DNA of 27,574 nt from a virus (IMGVR_UViG_3300001750_000020:1-27574), one strand, 5' to 3'. Shown: positions 1-7,911, numbered from the stretch's first letter. The notes: a model not told the origin generated them from the letters alone. A program made the numbers and translations.

Positions 1-1505
1 CTACCTCCCTGAGGGTCTGATACTACCTGCCATATCTTTAACGGTGTGAGAGCCTGTATAGACTCACCTTCAGGTATCCTATCAACATATGCTAAAATCT
101 GTGGACCTGAAGCGATACCCATATTATTACTTAGCGCACGTGCTGAGGCATTAACTAGTCTAGCATGAGGTTGTACTAGCATTGCTACACTCTTACCCCA
201 GAAGCTTCCTGGGACTTTCCGATATGATGCTGCATAGTAAGGTCGCTTACCTTCAACATCCATATTAGGTACTGCTTTAATAACATGGTTCCCAATTAAT
301 ATTGCATCAATGTCTATCTCACGATATCTATCAATAGGAGCTGGCATTCCGTGCTCATCTAAATCAGAAGTAATGTACCCTTGGCTCTGTAATACATCAA
401 CCGAATAACCCCAGTCTAACATCTTATCCACTGAAACAGGTCCTAGAAATCTTAGTCCATATAAAGAACCGTCTTGTCCTGAGAAGTCCGTTGAATGATT
501 CTCTGAGTACCGCCTTGTGCTGTCAACATTAGATTGCCAATCAGCAAAACCTCTACTATCAAGTTCCTGCAACACTTTAAAAATATTCTCATCACTATAT
601 CCTGGCTTACCGACACAGTTATATACCTCAGAGCGACTAAGTTTTAATCTTTCAATCATACTCCCATTATGCACAGAAGTTTGTTCAGGAGATGGATATA
701 CATCAAATGGACTTACCCTTGTATCCTTAGCTACTAGTTCCTCATTACGTTCCATAGTAATCTTACCATCGACCGTAGTCACTGACATACTAACCTGTGT
801 CTCATATGTAGTCTTGATGAATGCTGTTGGGAATGTAACTAAATCTGTAATAAAGTCTTCTAGAGTAGGAAACCATCCACTCTGTTCAAGCTGGTCAGAA
901 ACCTTCTGTTCCATCCGTTCAGCTCTCTTAGCACTCTCTTTGTTGAATGCTTTCTTAGTCTTGGCTACTTCCATATCGGTAATGTCTTTAACTAAGTCTG
1001 GTGTTGCTACCTCACCATCTGGTCCGGTTGGTAATCCAGTTTCCTCATCCTTAGGAGCATTCTGGGAGATAGAGCTCTTAACCTTAGTCTCAATCTTTTC
1101 TCGTAAGTGAGCTGGTAAATCGGGAACTGGTGTGCTCTTAAAAGAAAATGCCTTATCACCTGGTGGATTCAATACCGATAGTAACCAACTTGCTCCGGCA
1201 TTACACTGCATACTTGTTAGTGGAATGTATATGTCAGAACCGCCTTGCCCACGTATAGCTTTAATGGTATTCGGGTCATACTCTCCATTGACTGCTTCCT
1301 GTAGTCGCATCATCTGTTGTTCTATACGGACACGGTCATCTTTATTCTCAGACCAGACTTGTGAAATATGTGAGGCTAGTCTATCCATTTGAACAGCAGG
1401 TGATTCATCGTCTTCTTGGCTCTTCTGGTAATGTTCCCGTAGGGCATCACCGTGAGGCCGTGTAACCTCATTGTCATCTTTATTAGGTGTTAGTGTGATA
1501 CCCAT
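1..1505 (-). CDS. Portal (head-tail connector) protein, 3' end runs off the window
   Basis: Absent from the ORF track because it has no stop in the window. Manual translation from ATG 1505 is open to base 1 (MGITLTPNKDD...RVSPFDVYPSP...RPYYAASYRKVPGSFWGKSV...LSNNMGIASGPQ), motifs typical of podovirus portals. It lies downstream of terL. Confidence 0.85.
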   Translation of the reverse strand, partial: MGITLTPNKDDNEVTRPHGDALREHYQKSQEDDESPAVQMDRLASHISQVWSENKDDRVRIEQQMMRLQEAVNGEYDPNTIKAIRGQGGSDIYIPLTSMQCNAGASWLLSVLNPPGDKAFSFKSTPVPDLPAHLREKIETKVKSSISQNAPKDEETGLPTGPDGEVATPDLVKDITDMEVAKTKKAFNKESAKRAERMEQKVSDQLEQSGWFPTLEDFITDLVTFPTAFIKTTYETQVSMSVTTVDGKITMERNEELVAKDTRVSPFDVYPSPEQTSVHNGSMIERLKLSRSEVYNCVGKPGYSDENIFKVLQELDSRGFADWQSNVDSTRRYSENHSTDFSGQDGSLYGLRFLGPVSVDKMLDWGYSVDVLQSQGYITSDLDEHGMPAPIDRYREIDIDAILIGNHVIKAVPNMDVEGKRPYYAASYRKVPGSFWGKSVAMLVQPHARLVNASARALSNNMGIASGPQILAYVDRIPEGESIQALTPLKIWQVVSDPQGG

Positions 1506-1514
1506 ATATTATTC

Positions 1515-2297
1515 CTATTTGTTGTCTCTATAAAATCCCATGAATTCAGATGAGATTGTTGTACTATTATCCGATACATCTTCAATCTGTACTTTGAAAT
1601 CACATTTCTCTTGGAATACAAAGTATCCGCTATTCTCAAAGAGGTAAGGTGAAGACTCGGTAATCTCAACATCTCGTTGTGCTATAAAGGGAGCATCCGG
1701 TTTATCTTCTCTAACCCTAATTGTTACATTAGCTGAACCTGCTGCACCACTCAATCTACTCATAGTAATGTTTCCCTTCTTAACAAAGAGAGTTTTACCT
1801 GCTGGAACTGTATCTGCCATGATTACCGTAGTTGATTTCCCGGATGGCATAACAGCAAATATATTTGCAGTGGTAGTTGTGTGTCTTAGTGTTAATTCAC
1901 CCTCATTATGTCCGGAGGAACCTACTGTAACTACCCTCATTCTAGAGCATCTAGAGTATAGTTCTGGTCCAATAGTAACTGGTGTAGTTCCATTAAGTGT
2001 TACGATTACATCATCTTGTAACTCTTTACCACCATTCAGCAACTTAGTGATACGAACTGTTCTGGCACCAGTACCACCATCTGTGTCATTAGGCGAACTA
2101 GAGAATATCTCTAATGTCTCAGGTGCACCTAAAGGGTGCCCTGTATACAGCCCACCACCATTCCATAAGTCTACTGGAGGATCACTAGTCCCAATATCAG
2201 ATAACCTACCATACTTATCCGTAATAGTAATACCTTCCTGGTAACCTAGAACATGTGACAGTTCCATATCAGCGATGATAATTACTTCATCTGCCAT
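1515..2297 (-). CDS. Hypothetical protein, probable virion-associated beta-rich protein
   Basis: 260-aa Thr/Gly/Ser-rich ORF between terL and the portal, tightly packed with its neighbours. Confidence 0.6.
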   Translation of the reverse strand: MADEVIIIADMELSHVLGYQEGITITDKYGRLSDIGTSDPPVDLWNGGGLYTGHPLGAPETLEIFSSSPNDTDGGTGARTVRITKLLNGGKELQDDVIVTLNGTTPVTIGPELYSRCSRMRVVTVGSSGHNEGELTLRHTTTTANIFAVMPSGKSTTVIMADTVPAGKTLFVKKGNITMSRLSGAAGSANVTIRVREDKPDAPFIAQRDVEITESSPYLFENSGYFVFQEKCDFKVQIEDVSDNSTTISSEFMGFYRDNK

Positions 2298-2299
2298 GA

Positions 2300-2512
2300 C
2301 TAGTACTCCATATTATCGGTATAGTCATTATCTTTAGGCATATGGTAGCTGTCAGTAGACTCTGCTTGTTTCTTAGTAGGTACATTGTCCTCAGACATAG
2401 GACCCTTGAATCTCACCCCTGAGCGTCTGTGTTGGCGTTCGTAGTCAGCCTTATCACAGTACCCCATACGTCTGTAATCTTCGTCTGTGTATTCCATAGT
2501 ATACATCATCAT
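2300..2512 (-). CDS. Hypothetical protein
   Basis: 70-aa ORF with 1-2 nt gaps to both neighbours in the late operon. Confidence 0.6.
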   Translation of the reverse strand: MMMYTMEYTDEDYRRMGYCDKADYERQHRRSGVRFKGPMSEDNVPTKKQAESTDSYHMPKDNDYTDNMEY

Positions 2513-2513
2513 A

Positions 2514-2867
2514 TCATTTCACCTTGTTCTTCAATTTAAACATGCCGTTCTTTCTGGCTTCACCGCCACCAAAAGCGAATGTCATCCACTTCCAAGTAAA
2601 GGCACGAAACCATCTACCACATTCATCTTTAAGGATAGTACTTAGTACAGTAGAAGCTTGTATGTTGGTGCAAGGTGTACCGTCATCCCATATCCCTGTA
2701 TCACACAGTTTATCATGAACCATCCAGCTCGTATTACATACATCAAAAGCACCAGTTGCTCCATCACTCTTGTATCCTTCTGGTACTGTTACGAACTTAT
2801 CATACTCACTACTGTAGTACTCTATTCTATTTTGATTAGTATAGTATCCCTTCTTATGTCCAAACAT
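2514..2867 (-). CDS. DUF1353-like protein
   Basis: VTVPEGYKSDGAT...VHDKLC pattern resembles DUF1353 (VPxGFxTDGAS...HDxLY); abuts the terL stop. Confidence 0.6.
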   Translation of the reverse strand: MFGHKKGYYTNQNRIEYYSSEYDKFVTVPEGYKSDGATGAFDVCNTSWMVHDKLCDTGIWDDGTPCTNIQASTVLSTILKDECGRWFRAFTWKWMTFAFGGGEARKNGMFKLKNKVK

Positions 2868-4321
2868 CTATGTCCATCCTGCTGATTGATTAGGTAAAAC
2901 ACGTCTTGCTCGTGCCTTAGGTTTCATACTTACAATACTGTCCCCATAAAATGTACAGGCAAAAGCATCTGCTATGTCAGGTGAGTCTAACCCCCTACTC
3001 TTCATACTTCGCTTTGTCTCTAATTGTATCTGGAGTTTCTCTGTATACCCGTACGTCTGCTGTCTCAGTTCACGTATGAGCCGTTCATCGTAAGGAATCG
3101 TACCACCTTCCTTAAGCCAATCTCTCAACTTACCCCAAATCTCTGCTCTCGTATTAGCATACATACGTTTGTCAAATGCTGTAGTTCCAAAACTAACCGC
3201 AGTAACAGGTAGGCCCAATTGCTTGAGCCTATCATATACACCAGCTCCTAGACCTGTGGCATCAACATATATGTGAGAAGCTTGCTCATTCATATAAGCT
3301 TCTGCAACTTTCCCTGCTAATTCCATCAAGTCTGATAACTGATAAGAACCGACAATCTCGCTACGGGGACCCTGTCTCAATACTATGACTGAGTCATCTC
3401 CCCCACCTCTGCTAACATCCACCCCTAAAATTTTTGGATAATTTATAAAATTCATAGGTTCGGCTTCGTTACTAGCAGCTAGATTAATCACCTCCTCATC
3501 AATGAGCTGGTCGGACGCAGCTCTTGGAAATACTCCACGGACACGGACTCTCATATAATCAGAGTCTTCACCATAATCTTTGGACCATTCTGCAATCTTA
3601 TCCTTATCGGTCATCATTGCTGAACGGCTATCTATCTGTCTGGAGTCCCATCTGTCAGCGAACTTTCCCCAGCACTCTTTAAATCTTCCTGTATTCTTAG
3701 TTGGGTTACCAAAACAATGCCACTGTGAGTTAGCATCTGTCATCGAACCCTCAGATGTTTCCCATATGTTATCAGGGATAGCACTTGCCTCATCAAATAT
3801 AACCAGGTTAGCATCACTATGTAATCCAGCAAATCCCTCAGGAGTTTTCTCACTGTTGCTTAGAGCATCTACACCCCAGGTTGCCTTGTAGTCTACATGG
3901 AATATACGATTAGAAGTCTGCTCAAACCAATGCCCATTAATCATCCTACTACGCCATAGAGCTAACTCTCGCCATGTAGCTTTTTCTAGCTGTGGCCATG
4001 TATTTGCTGTGATACGACCACCACAATGTGGGTGTGTCGAGATATGCCATAGAATGATAAAGGCAGTCATAGCACTTTTACCAATACCTAACCGTGCCCA
4101 GACGAAGTGGAATACTGTAGTCGGAAATCGTCTGGGCGAGCTTTTATCCTCGTGCCCATGCTTGATAGATAATCGGATTGCCATTTATCTGGCCCACTAA
4201 ACTTCTCCAATGGGGTTCCTTTCTCACCCCAAGGAAACGCCCATAATACGAAACCAAGTGGGTCATCTACGAATGTAGCTACCTTCTTGGCTAGAGCTAA
4301 TTCAAATTGTTGTTTGTTCAT
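2868..4321 (-). CDS. terL: Terminase large subunit encoded in two frames, join(4321..4091, 4085..2868), ~482 aa
   Basis: 5' ORF (4321-4088) has DPLGFVLWAFPWGEKGTPLE..GPDKWQ and ends STSSGHG-stop. The 3' frame continues IGKSAM...TANTWPQL, Walker B LVIFDEAS, FGNP, and nuclease GVDVSRGGGDDS and SPDIADA. The Walker A SGHGIGKS forms only if the 5 nt 4090-4086 are skipped. Confidence 0.92.
4096..4137 (-). promoter_or_regulatory. Perfect 10-bp mRNA stem-loop immediately 5' of the terL coding gap (candidate recoding signal)
   Basis: GCCCAGACGA (4096-4105) and TCGTCTGGGC (4128-4137) are exact reverse complements with a 22-nt loop. Confidence 0.6.
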
Positions 4322-4323
4322 AA

Positions 4324-4443
4324 CTATCCTTTACGCTTATCTCTCTCGGCTAATTCTCTGTTGGTTGCTAATCTAATCTGACGTTTAGCCCACTCATAGG
4401 CACTGTTGGCTTTACGCATACTAGCTTTTTTAGTTCTTTTCAT
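4324..4443 (-). CDS. Small basic protein (39 aa, MKRTKKASMRKANSAYEWAKRQIRL...)
   Basis: ATG preceded by AGGA; stop lies 2 nt before the terL ATG; below the ORF-track cutoff. Confidence 0.5.
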   Translation of the reverse strand: MKRTKKASMRKANSAYEWAKRQIRLATNRELAERDKRKG

Positions 4444-4569
4444 AGTATTCCTAATAAGTGCTAGGTGTTTATACTGTCCTAGCCCAGCCCTTGTCGGAGG
4501 AAATAGGCAGGTATCTAACCTCCTATCCGACCCACACTATGGCGTAACGTATACGACCCTAGGTGTGTT

Positions 4570-4636
4570 TGGTCACCGTGTAAGAGAGTCTAACTCCTAT
4601 CCAGTAGCTTGTGGCCACCTTAGAACATCCACCGTG
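4570..4636 (-). ncRNA. tRNA-like element lacking a D-arm (degenerate tRNA or tRNA mimic)
   Basis: CACGGTG...CACGGTG-A-CCA acceptor (6/7 bp), T-arm-like TAGGAG-TTAGACT-CTCTTA, and a middle arm GGTGG-CCACAAG-CTACT. Confidence 0.4.
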
Positions 4637-4649
4637 TTTATACATCACC

Positions 4650-5333
4650 CTAAGTAAGGGTGGACTGAACGGCAACTATATCTTCAGCCTGTCCAGAATT
4701 ATCTTCTAAAATAATTGGTGTAACATCGATAACATCAGGATTAGGGAGGGAAGTACGATTAGATGCACTGTTAAGAATTGCTTCATAATCAACTTTCTCA
4801 GTTACTTCCAGCTTATTACTAATTCTTGCATCTACGTCTGTATGGTATGAGATGTCATGTAGGAGCCGAACAGCCTGGGCATAAGCACCTTTCCTTTTGG
4901 TTTCCTCAAATAAGGCAACCTGCTGTCCTAGCACCCATGCTGCATCAATGTTAAGGGCTTCACAAGCATCCTCTTGGATATGTGTCTGAAGAGCTAGTGC
5001 TTTCTGTGTATAGACCCTTCTATACTTCCTATCCAACTCACTTCTAACCATAGGAGCTGTAGTTGAGCCATCCCAACTATCGTAATTCAAATCATATCCA
5101 GCCCTAATCAGAGCGTAGGTAATGGAAGTTGTTGGTTCTGTAGCAAATATAACTGCTAGATTTCTCTGTCTCTCACTAATTCGAACTAACTTACCTTTCC
5201 CAACATGGAATGTATTATTCGCAGCAGTATACTTCTTTCCATTATCAGGTGGTATTACGTCTACATCAATTAACTTCTTTAGGAAAGTTTTAGTGGAGGT
5301 AGTCATTCCTGGCTTAATCACACTCTCATCCAT
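4650..5333 (-). CDS. terS: Putative terminase small subunit
   Basis: First late gene, upstream of terL. It has the terS-like HTH pattern (SERQRNLAVIF...ITYALIRAGY), IDAAWVL, and a C-terminal DVIDVTP. Confidence 0.7.
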   Translation of the reverse strand: MDESVIKPGMTTSTKTFLKKLIDVDVIPPDNGKKYTAANNTFHVGKGKLVRISERQRNLAVIFATEPTTSITYALIRAGYDLNYDSWDGSTTAPMVRSELDRKYRRVYTQKALALQTHIQEDACEALNIDAAWVLGQQVALFEETKRKGAYAQAVRLLHDISYHTDVDARISNKLEVTEKVDYEAILNSASNRTSLPNPDVIDVTPIILEDNSGQAEDIVAVQSTLT

Positions 5334-5362
5334 AGATTCCTCCTAGTAGGTGTTAGTAGATG

Positions 5363-6364
5363 CTGCGTACGCAGAACACTTCTGCTTCGCAGTTAATTAT
5401 TAGTTGTTTGTTTTATTTTATATTAAAATAAATAAAACCCTATTTGTTCTCAGCCCTACTCTCTTTGAGAGGCTACTGAGTAGCTGCTAGTATTCTAGCT
5501 TATACTAGTATATACGATTGAAAACGGAAAAAGTGGTAGTGTATTTATTTGACATTAAGTATGTTCTGTAAGTTATTGATTGTTAATACCCGTATAGACT
5601 CCTACGGAGTGGCTACATCTCCGCTGATCCACTGAGTATTTTATAAAATTATATATATATATATATTTTAACTCTCTTCTTTTTATACATCCTAGAATGT
5701 TTCCGAGGTGTACTGCTTCGCAGTAAGACTCGGCAGATACCCTCTCTCTTATTTTTTTTTTTAATATAAGAGTAGGAGGATAAACCACTGAGTACAATCT
5801 ATCATTCTTTTATACATAACAACTTGTTCCGGCGTAGACGCTACTACTCCGTAGGAGTTGTCCTCCGACTGCTGCTCCGCAGAGGGGGATAGGCTATGTC
5901 CCGAGACGAACTACGGCGTAGACGTAGTGTGGTGCACACAGTAGAGTAATACCCGAGTAGAATGTATGGGAATTATCTAAAATTTTATAGTAGGTAACTA
6001 GGGGTGCAGAATATACACCCGCCCCTCTAGAAATCCCAAGGGGGTGGGGCCTCCCTATGCGCCTTCGTCGGCATATGCTAGGGAATATTTCCTTCGCTTG
6101 ACTTCCAAGGATTTCCATGAGACTATAGAACCACACTAAGGAAACAGCCAAGTAGCTACAAGCTTCTCTAAGCCTTCCTTAGGTACGGACAAGGCACACC
6201 CAGTAGGGTAGCCTAGGTGACATGGAGAAAGTGGTGCAGCGAGGCCCTTAGGTGGGTTTAAACACACCAACCGAGGTAAACTCAACCTCCCTTGACTACT
6301 TTCCAAAAGTCCTCCATAATAAAATCACACTCAGGAAACTAAGTGTACCACTGCTGCGAAGCAG
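5363..6364. repeat. Cluster of short palindromes/C(GNA)G mini-hairpins, direct repeats, (AT)8 and T11 in the divergent control region (candidate origin/terminus region)
   Basis: Hairpins at 5382, 5598, 5711, 5846, 5872 and 6354; repeats CCACTGAGTA (5629, 5785) and CGGCGTAGACG (5830, 5914). Confidence 0.55.
6292..6320 (+). promoter_or_regulatory. Sigma70-type early promoter
   Basis: TTGACT (6292-6297), 17-nt spacer, CATAAT (6315-6320), oriented toward the early genes. Confidence 0.7.
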
Positions 6365-6802
6365 AGTTCTTGACCAGTCGGTCATAAGTCATCTATCAAG
6401 AAGTCGCATACACGGGACCAGAGACGATGAAGGAAACAGCTAGACATGATGTCAGAGAAGGCTGCTACCTAGTTAGCGAATCATAAGGCGTGTCTTACCC
6501 TTCAAGTTCAAGTCTAACGGCCAATCAATAAGTGTGGTGAAACCAGTGAAAGAGTCCAAGGGTTCTGTAGCTGGTGTAAGAAATCTGACTGTACGTAGGT
6601 GCTCTTTGTACTCCTGAGTTATGATTGAATAGGCCAGAGGATGAGCATTTGAGTCAAGGTCGGGAAGCAATCTATAGCGACTAACACCACTCTACTTAAC
6701 ACTTACACTGTATAAGATAGTTTTAGTTCTACCCCAGCTAGTAAGGCGGATGTACATTTACTTGTAAATGGTCCCTTGACATCTCAACCCGATATCTGGA
6801 AA

Positions 6803-6841
6803 GATTTTAAAGGGTTTTTGATAAGAGAGCCTTTCAAAATC
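6803..6841 (+). promoter_or_regulatory. Long imperfect hairpin before the first early gene (possible RNase III processing site)
   Basis: GATTTT-AAAGG-GTTTTT...AGAGAG-CCTTT-C-AAAATC, followed by the RBS of the ORF at 6864. Confidence 0.4.
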
Positions 6842-6863
6842 AACTAACACAAAGGGTAGTACC

Positions 6864-7079
6864 ATGGTAAACTTAGAAGATATATTTAAAGAGCTCCACG
6901 AGAATCCACCTAATCCGTTCAATCCTGGATATAAGTCATATGCTAAACATATAAGGAATGAAACTTATAAGTCTTTAGAGGCTGAAGGGTGGTATGAGAA
7001 GTATACACTTAAACAACGTCAAGAGTCTAACCTGTTTCGTATTAGATATGATGAATTGATGTTGAAATATGAATCTTGA
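6864..7079 (+). CDS. Hypothetical early protein
   Basis: 71 aa, AAGGG RBS, first ORF of the right arm. Confidence 0.6.
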   Translation: MVNLEDIFKELHENPPNPFNPGYKSYAKHIRNETYKSLEAEGWYEKYTLKQRQESNLFRIRYDELMLKYES

Positions 7080-7104
7080 ACTATTAGATACTGAGGATAA
7101 GAAG

Positions 7105-7236
7105 ATGAACTATAAACACATTATTGCAGCACTGATACTGTCTGCTGTCATGTACGGTATGATTGGGGAATGTGCTCAGTCTATTGAGGTGGGTAAGGCT
7201 AACATGATGGCTAGTGTAGAGCGTATGCAAGAGTAA
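7105..7236 (+). CDS. Small hypothetical protein with N-terminal hydrophobic segment (43 aa)
   Basis: GAGG RBS; MNYKHIIAALILSAVMYG...; read manually. Confidence 0.5.
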   Translation: MNYKHIIAALILSAVMYGMIGECAQSIEVGKANMMASVERMQE

Positions 7237-7267
7237 CTATTTCAACTAAGTACAAGAGGGTAAGATA

Positions 7268-7489
7268 ATGGCTAGTGATATACATATTATAAGCTGTTGT
7301 AATAAAGAGACAAATGAGAGGATGAAGCTATGTGCTTTTGAAGACTTGTGGGGAAATGTAATTTTCCACTTCTTCTCTTATACATACTCAGACAGTGAGA
7401 TTATATCTGCTGTGTCTAACAACATTGTTGAAGATAATTCAGAGAAGTATCCTTGCATCTGCTATGATGCTGTGGGGTATTGTGGATGA
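7268..7489 (+). CDS. Hypothetical protein
   Basis: 73 aa, GAGGG RBS, ATGA overlap with the next gene. Confidence 0.55.
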   Translation: MASDIHIISCCNKETNERMKLCAFEDLWGNVIFHFFSYTYSDSEIISAVSNNIVEDNSEKYPCICYDAVGYCG

Positions 7490-7911
7490 TAGAGATAGTA
7501 ACAGATAAGGATTTAGGATATGCTGTAGACACAGATACAGGAGAGATTTTACATAACTTTCCTATATCACATACAGTTAAGAAAAGACCAGCTCAGCTTA
7601 TTATACAATCAGACACTATTCTTAGATATAGTTATTCAACTCCATCTACAGCTATCAAACTGCTTAACACAGCTTGTCACTTTGTCTATAAAGATAATAA
7701 GGTTGATAAGAGTTGGAAATATCTACAGGAGATTACTAAGTTAACTGATAAGCAGATGAAGACAGCTAAGTCATATCTGGTTAAACATAAGGATGTTGTA
7801 GAAGTAGGTAAGGAAATTCTTATAAACCCGTATTATGTATGGAAGGGTTCTACAGCAGTTCGTGACAATGCTATGGCTGGCTGGGAACTAGGTAAATATG
7901 TACCAATTTAG
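7486..7911 (+). CDS. RepL-like winged-HTH protein
   Basis: N-terminal VDTDTGEI and C-terminal LVKHKDVVEVGKEILINPYYVWKGS resemble the RepL-family ending (xNPxxxxxG). Confidence 0.5.
   Translation: MIEIVTDKDLGYAVDTDTGEILHNFPISHTVKKRPAQLIIQSDTILRYSYSTPSTAIKLLNTACHFVYKDNKVDKSWKYLQEITKLTDKQMKTAKSYLVKHKDVVEVGKEILINPYYVWKGSTAVRDNAMAGWELGKYVPI

Noticed and set aside
517-1392. Plus-strand ORFs 517-1110 and 1132-1392, and similar antisense ORFs over terL, primase, pol, SSB and nrdJ
   Set aside because: Shadow ORFs opposite well-supported genes, with no RBS or motifs.
4088-4090. Amber readthrough or TAG reassignment as the explanation for the terL break
   Set aside because: Reading through TAG gives V-L-V-K-V-L then TGA, in the wrong frame. 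Other genes (e.g. terS, thyX, nrdJ) end normally at TAG.
4086-4093. Simple -1 frameshift at the terL break
   Set aside because: There is no slippery heptamer or re-pairing for the P-site tRNA, and it would insert Leu-Gly into the P-loop (SGHG-LG-IGKS).
4086-4184. ATG 4184 as the real start of a 438-aa TerL (ORF track)
   Set aside because: Its first ~32 residues are an off-frame reading of the true N-terminal domain and lack the SGHG half of Walker A.
4512-4520. GGTTAGATA in the spacer hairpin resembles the terL gap GGTTAGGTA, suggesting a guide RNA
   Set aside because: Same sense rather than complementary, and only 8/9 nt, so compatible with chance.
4619-4625. TTCTAAG in the tRNA-like element as an amber-suppressor (CUA) anticodon loop
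   Set aside because: It is not enclosed by a stem and sits at the D-loop position; suppression would not fix the terL frame anyway.
5573-6670. Short ORFs in the control region (5573-5797, 5894-6151, 6252-6443, 6473-6670)
   Set aside because: They cross microsatellites, palindromes and the promoter, have weak starts and show no protein-like features.
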